64,000 bases of DNA from an uncultured Gammaproteobacteria bacterium. Lineage in GTDB: Bacteria; Patescibacteriota; Microgenomatia; UBA8517. The stretch covers positions 15,215 through 79,214 of the forward strand of contig CAYSJW010000005.1 of assembly GCA_964431555.1 (NCBI GenBank), in the 5' to 3' direction. The position numbers and the translations under genes were made by a program. The number at the start of each line of letters is the position of its first letter. Positions within the stretch are counted from its first letter, which is position 1. Below are positions 60,305-64,000 of this stretch, one piece after another. The notes beneath the pieces were generated by a model. It did not search any database. It saw only the letters and a list, made by a program, of their open reading frames with translations, and had not been told where the DNA came from.

Positions 60305-62130
60305 AGTGTTTCCTTCTCCAAAAGTGCATCCACAACTTTATCAACCAATTTCCTTTTTTCCGTAATCAATAATTTAGCTTTTTTATAACAACCATCAACT
60401 ATTCTAGATACTTCCGAATCGATTTTCTCCTGCATTGCTGGAGAAACTTGAGCTGGTTCATACCATTGTGCTTTTCCCATTTCGTCATAATCATATTGTG
60501 GTCCCAAATTTACCGGCCCCAAAGAACTCATTCCAAAATCAACCACCATTGCTCTCGCTAAACGCGTTGCATTCTCTATATCATTTGATGCACCAGAGGT
60601 CATTTCATTAAAAACAATTTCCTCCGTTGCTCGTCCCCCCAGAAGTGCCGTTATTTGCTGAAGAATTCTACTCTTAGTTTCATGCGTCCTGTCAGCCGCA
60701 GGAGGTATTAATGTATGACCTAAACTCATTCCCCTTGCAACTATTGATATTCTATGAACAGGATCCATCTTAGAGAGAAAGTGAGTTACAATTGCATGTC
60801 CGGCTTCATGATAAGCAGTAAGCTTTTTATCCTCCTCGCTTTGAAGTTTTTTCTTTGCCGGACCCAATTTAACCTTTGTAGCAGCTTCTTCTATATCACC
60901 TTCATCTATTAAGGTCTTATTCATACGAGCTGCCAAAATAGCCGCCTCGTTGAGCATATTTTCAATATCAGCTCCCGAAAATCCAACCGTCCTATCAGCA
61001 ACTCTTCCCCAGTTTATCTTTTTTGTAAATTTTTTACCCCTCGCATGTATTTTAAGAATCGCCAATCTTCCCTCCTTATCAGGCATATCCAAAACAACAC
61101 GTCGGTCAAAACGTCCAGGCCTTAAGAGAGCCGGATCTAAAAGATCTCCCCTATTGGTCGCCGCCAAAACGATTACATTGTCATTGGGTGTAAATCCATC
61201 CATCTCAACAAGTATTTGATTTAGTGTTTGTTCTCTTTCATCGTGTCCACCAATAAAACCTCTGCCTCTTTGTCTGCCAATTGCATCTATTTCATCAATA
61301 AAAATAATAGAAGGGGATGAAGCTTTCGCCTGCGCAAATAAATCTCTTACTCTTGACGCGCCAACACCAACGAGCATCTCCATAAATTCACTTCCCGCCA
61401 TTGAAAAAAACGGAACGCCAGCCTCACCTGCCACAGCTTTAGCCAGCAAGGTCTTTCCAACACCAGACGGCCCAAAAAGTAAAACCCCCTTGGGAGTTCT
61501 TGCTCCAATTTTTCTATATTTCCCTGGGTTTTTCAAAAAATCTACAACCTCTTCCAATTCCTTCTTAGCATCATCTACCCCTGCTACATCATCAAAAGTT
61601 ACACTCTGTTTACCTTTGGCAAAAAGCTTTGCCCTACTTCTCCCAAAAGAAAAAATATCTTGGGCTCCTCTTGTTTGGGCACGAATTATAAAGAAAAAGA
61701 AAATTGCCATTAAAACAATAGGCAATAAAACACCAATTATATCTCCAATAGATTTTGCTAATGTCTGATCTACAACTTTGTATTTAACATCCACTGGACT
61801 AATTCCAGCTTTGTCCAAAAGATCCGCCAAACTATCACCTGGTTCCTTTATTGCAGTTTTAACATCTCCGTTTTCGTAATTGATTATCAATCTCTCATTT
61901 TGAACAATTATTTCTTTTACCTTTCTTTCCTTTATATCCGAAAGAAGTTTGGATATCTCTACTTTACTTTCCGTTGACTGAAGCTGAAAAAGAGAAACAA
62001 TAAAAGGAGCAAAAAACATTATAATAAAAATAGTGACCAAAGCCTTCCAAAGATTAATTTTGAGTCTGAACTCAAATCTCTTTTCCTTTTTAACTGGATT
62101 TATTTTTCTAATTTCTTTCAAAGGATCCAT
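60253..62130 (-). CDS. ftsH: ATP-dependent zinc metalloprotease FtsH.
   Basis: Walker A GPSGVGKTLLAKAVAGEAGVPFF, SRH region and zinc site HEAGHAIV. N-terminal TM pair. Confidence 0.95.
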   Translation of the reverse strand: MDPLKEIRKINPVKKEKRFEFRLKINLWKALVTIFIIMFFAPFIVSLFQLQSTESKVEISKLLSDIKERKVKEIIVQNERLIINYENGDVKTAIKEPGDSLADLLDKAGISPVDVKYKVVDQTLAKSIGDIIGVLLPIVLMAIFFFFIIRAQTRGAQDIFSFGRSRAKLFAKGKQSVTFDDVAGVDDAKKELEEVVDFLKNPGKYRKIGARTPKGVLLFGPSGVGKTLLAKAVAGEAGVPFFSMAGSEFMEMLVGVGASRVRDLFAQAKASSPSIIFIDEIDAIGRQRGRGFIGGHDEREQTLNQILVEMDGFTPNDNVIVLAATNRGDLLDPALLRPGRFDRRVVLDMPDKEGRLAILKIHARGKKFTKKINWGRVADRTVGFSGADIENMLNEAAILAARMNKTLIDEGDIEEAATKVKLGPAKKKLQSEEDKKLTAYHEAGHAIVTHFLSKMDPVHRISIVARGMSLGHTLIPPAADRTHETKSRILQQITALLGGRATEEIVFNEMTSGASNDIENATRLARAMVVDFGMSSLGPVNLGPQYDYDEMGKAQWYEPAQVSPAMQEKIDSEVSRIVDGCYKKAKLLITEKRKLVDKVVDALLEKETLDRDDFEKIVGKKGNIK

Positions 62131-62300
62131 AATTAAATTAATATTTTTCTAAAAAATAATTTACAAACGTATTTTATATCAAAGCTATATTATCAGAAAA
62201 TTAGGATAAATAGTAGTATGCAGAATATAAATTGTAAAAAAAGAAATTTACTTTAGATAATCTTCGCTCCTTCTTCTCCAAATTCGCTTTTTACTAACCT

Positions 62301-62696
62301 TTATCTTACTTTAGCTCCATTGGGCAGACTCTCCGAAAGATGAAATAAAACCGGATATTCATCTATTTCCTCCCCACCAATTTTTAAAGGTTCAAGACCC
62401 TTTTCTTTCCTACTTCCCACCGCTGCCAATAACATACCTTCACTGAAATCACCTTCAGGTCCCATCTTTTTCCTCTCAATATTTATAACAAAGGGGAATT
62501 GTTTGCCTTCCAGATCTTGTGATTTATAAAAGTGCATTATTCCCGCAAATATAGTCCGCTTACCAATTTCCGTACCAAAGTCAACCGTAAGTTTCATCAC
62601 CCAATGGCTCCACTCGGGAACTTCAGCTTTTATAACTGTTCCTATCCGAATATCCAACTTCTGGAAATCTTGAATTGTTACTTTGTCTATACTCAT
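62301..62696 (-). CDS. tRNA-binding domain protein (CsaA/Trbp111/EMAP-like).
   Basis: FQKLDIRIGTVIKAEVPEWSHWVMKLTVDFG resembles the OB-fold tRNA-binding domain found at the MetRS C-terminus. Confidence 0.7.
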   Translation of the reverse strand: MSIDKVTIQDFQKLDIRIGTVIKAEVPEWSHWVMKLTVDFGTEIGKRTIFAGIMHFYKSQDLEGKQFPFVINIERKKMGPEGDFSEGMLLAAVGSRKEKGLEPLKIGGEEIDEYPVLFHLSESLPNGAKVR

Positions 62697-62733
62697 AATA
62701 AATTTTTACTTCTTACTAAGACCCATCTGGGGA

Positions 62734-63771
62734 TTAAACTCCAATACTTAATTTGTTAGTAATCCCTATCACTTCATAAACCTCTTTCATTGTTTTTTGC
62801 GCAACTACCCTTGCTTTCTCTGCACCAATCTTTAATATTTTTTTTGCCAAATTAATATCATTCTCAAGTTCTTTTCTTCTCCTCCGAGCTTCAGCAAATT
62901 TCCTCTTATGTGCTTCAAACAGCCTTTGTTTAACTTCTACATCGCCAACCTTTCCTTCTCTATATCTTCTTTTTAGATCTTCAACTTCACTTTTATCATC
63001 ATTCACTATATCGTGATAAATAAAAATAGGGTTACCTTCTACCCTTCCCGGATCATCCGCATGTTTCCTGTTAGGATCGGTGTAACTTCCCATAATCTGT
63101 TTTCTTATAATCTCCTCATCATCAAAGATACTAATAATATTACCCAGACTTTTACTCATCTTACGTTGACCATCAGTTCCAATAACTCTTCCAAAATCTC
63201 CCTTTTGAACTAAAACCTGCGGTACAGGAAAAGTTTTGCCATGAACCTTGTTAAAATTCCTCGCTGTCTCACGCGCAAATTCAACATGTTGTCTTTGATC
63301 CTCCCCCACCGGTACTCCATCCGGCTTATAAAGTAAAATATCGGCAGCCATAAGTATTGGATAGTTGAAAAGTCCCATATTAATATTTTCTTTTGCAACT
63401 CCTTTTGCCAATTTATCTTTAAAAGCATGCATTCTGTTAGCCAAACCAAATGGTATATAATTTGCCAAAACAATTGCCAACATACTATGCTCCGGCACAT
63501 CCGACTGCCTAAAATAAATCCCCTTGTCCGGATCAAGACCCAGCGCAATGTAATCAAAAACGTTATTCATAATATATTTTTCAAGAAGATCCCTATTTTG
63601 GATCGTGGTTAAGGCGTGAAGATCAGCAACAAAATAGTAAGACTCGACACCTTTCTCCAACAAATCAAACTGCGGCTTAACCGCTCCCGCATAGTTTCCA
63701 AGATGAAGTGTTTCTCCACTTGGTGTTATTCCTGATAAAACTCTTTTAATCTTCTCATTAGATTTTCTCAT
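62734..63771 (-). CDS. trpS: Tryptophan--tRNA ligase.
   Basis: HIGH-class motif SGITPSGETLHLGNY and KMSKS motif RKMSKSLGN. 345 aa, a typical TrpS size. Confidence 0.88.
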   Translation of the reverse strand: MRKSNEKIKRVLSGITPSGETLHLGNYAGAVKPQFDLLEKGVESYYFVADLHALTTIQNRDLLEKYIMNNVFDYIALGLDPDKGIYFRQSDVPEHSMLAIVLANYIPFGLANRMHAFKDKLAKGVAKENINMGLFNYPILMAADILLYKPDGVPVGEDQRQHVEFARETARNFNKVHGKTFPVPQVLVQKGDFGRVIGTDGQRKMSKSLGNIISIFDDEEIIRKQIMGSYTDPNRKHADDPGRVEGNPIFIYHDIVNDDKSEVEDLKRRYREGKVGDVEVKQRLFEAHKRKFAEARRRRKELENDINLAKKILKIGAEKARVVAQKTMKEVYEVIGITNKLSIGV

Positions 63772-63881
63772 TTTTTAAGTTTAAATAATATTTTAACAAA
63801 TTACCGAAGAAATCACATAAGTAGGTTATAAGATTTATTAAATCTTTTTTGAAAAATTAATAATTTATACAATATACTAAC

Positions 63882-64000
63882 CTACATTCTAGATCGAATC
63901 GCAACCTTTTGATTATTTAACTTAGCAAAGAATACCTCATTAGGAGTGGAATATCCAAGACATTTTCTGGGACGGTTATTTATTTCGTTAACACAATCGT
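63882..64000 (-). CDS. C-terminal fragment of an IS30/IS481-like DDE transposase. Partial: the gene continues beyond the window end.
   Basis: The reverse frame reads ...DCVNEINNRPRKCLGYSTPNEVFFAKLNNQKVAIRSRM*, matching the N.RPRK.LG(Y/F).TP.E.F C-terminal hallmark of these transposases. Confidence 0.6.
   Translation of the reverse strand, partial: DCVNEINNRPRKCLGYSTPNEVFFAKLNNQKVAIRSRM

Overview
This is a low-GC (~33%) bacterial segment with the hallmarks of a Candidate Phyla Radiation (Patescibacteria) genome: small housekeeping proteins, rRNA genes interrupted by group I introns with LAGLIDADG endonucleases, and an ATP-dependent DNA ligase.

Backbone genes, almost all on the minus strand: rho, an M23/LysM peptidase, a sortase with an LPXTG substrate, radA, rpsA, a thioredoxin/DsbA redox cluster, pth, pcm, a Ca2+-type P-type ATPase with a CaCA exchanger, an ATP-dependent ligase, Fic, nnrD, recF, mutM, a GT4 glycosyltransferase, a 5'-3' exonuclease, ftsH and trpS. 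There are six tRNAs: Ala-CGC, Ala-UGC, Ile-GAU, Gln-UUG, Lys-UUU and Glu-UUC.

The most unusual content is a disrupted rRNA operon. The 16S gene (24958..27850, minus) carries an ~870-nt group I intron with a LAGLIDADG ORF and an ORF-containing intervening sequence encoding a four-helix-bundle 'NIAEG' protein. The 23S gene (~10195..14325, minus) carries an ~770-nt LAGLIDADG intron plus an AT-rich hairpin insertion, and is followed by 5S and rpsA. The 16S and 23S genes each have their own processing stem but are separated by ~10.6 kb. An HD-domain gene sits between tRNA-Ile and tRNA-Ala, and a ~9-kb mosaic of accessory genes lies between 16S and tRNA-Ile. That mosaic holds an IS1595 element truncating a GT-C gene, two GC-rich islets, a second four-helix-bundle gene flanked by inverted repeat arrays, and a tandem-repeat protein.

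A heptanucleotide repeat family (CCACTAM/KTAGTGG; (TTTTGAT)n is a separate heptamer family) recurs throughout. It forms G-free or C-free tracts of 100-540 nt at more than ten intergenic sites, some G-quadruplex-prone. The same repeat flavour occurs inside rRNA expansion segments, and (TTTTGAT)n arrays occur as in-frame insertions in housekeeping genes. A 428-aa hypothetical gene next to a tRNA cluster is flanked by ~140-bp direct repeats. An IS30-like transposase fragment lies at the window edge.
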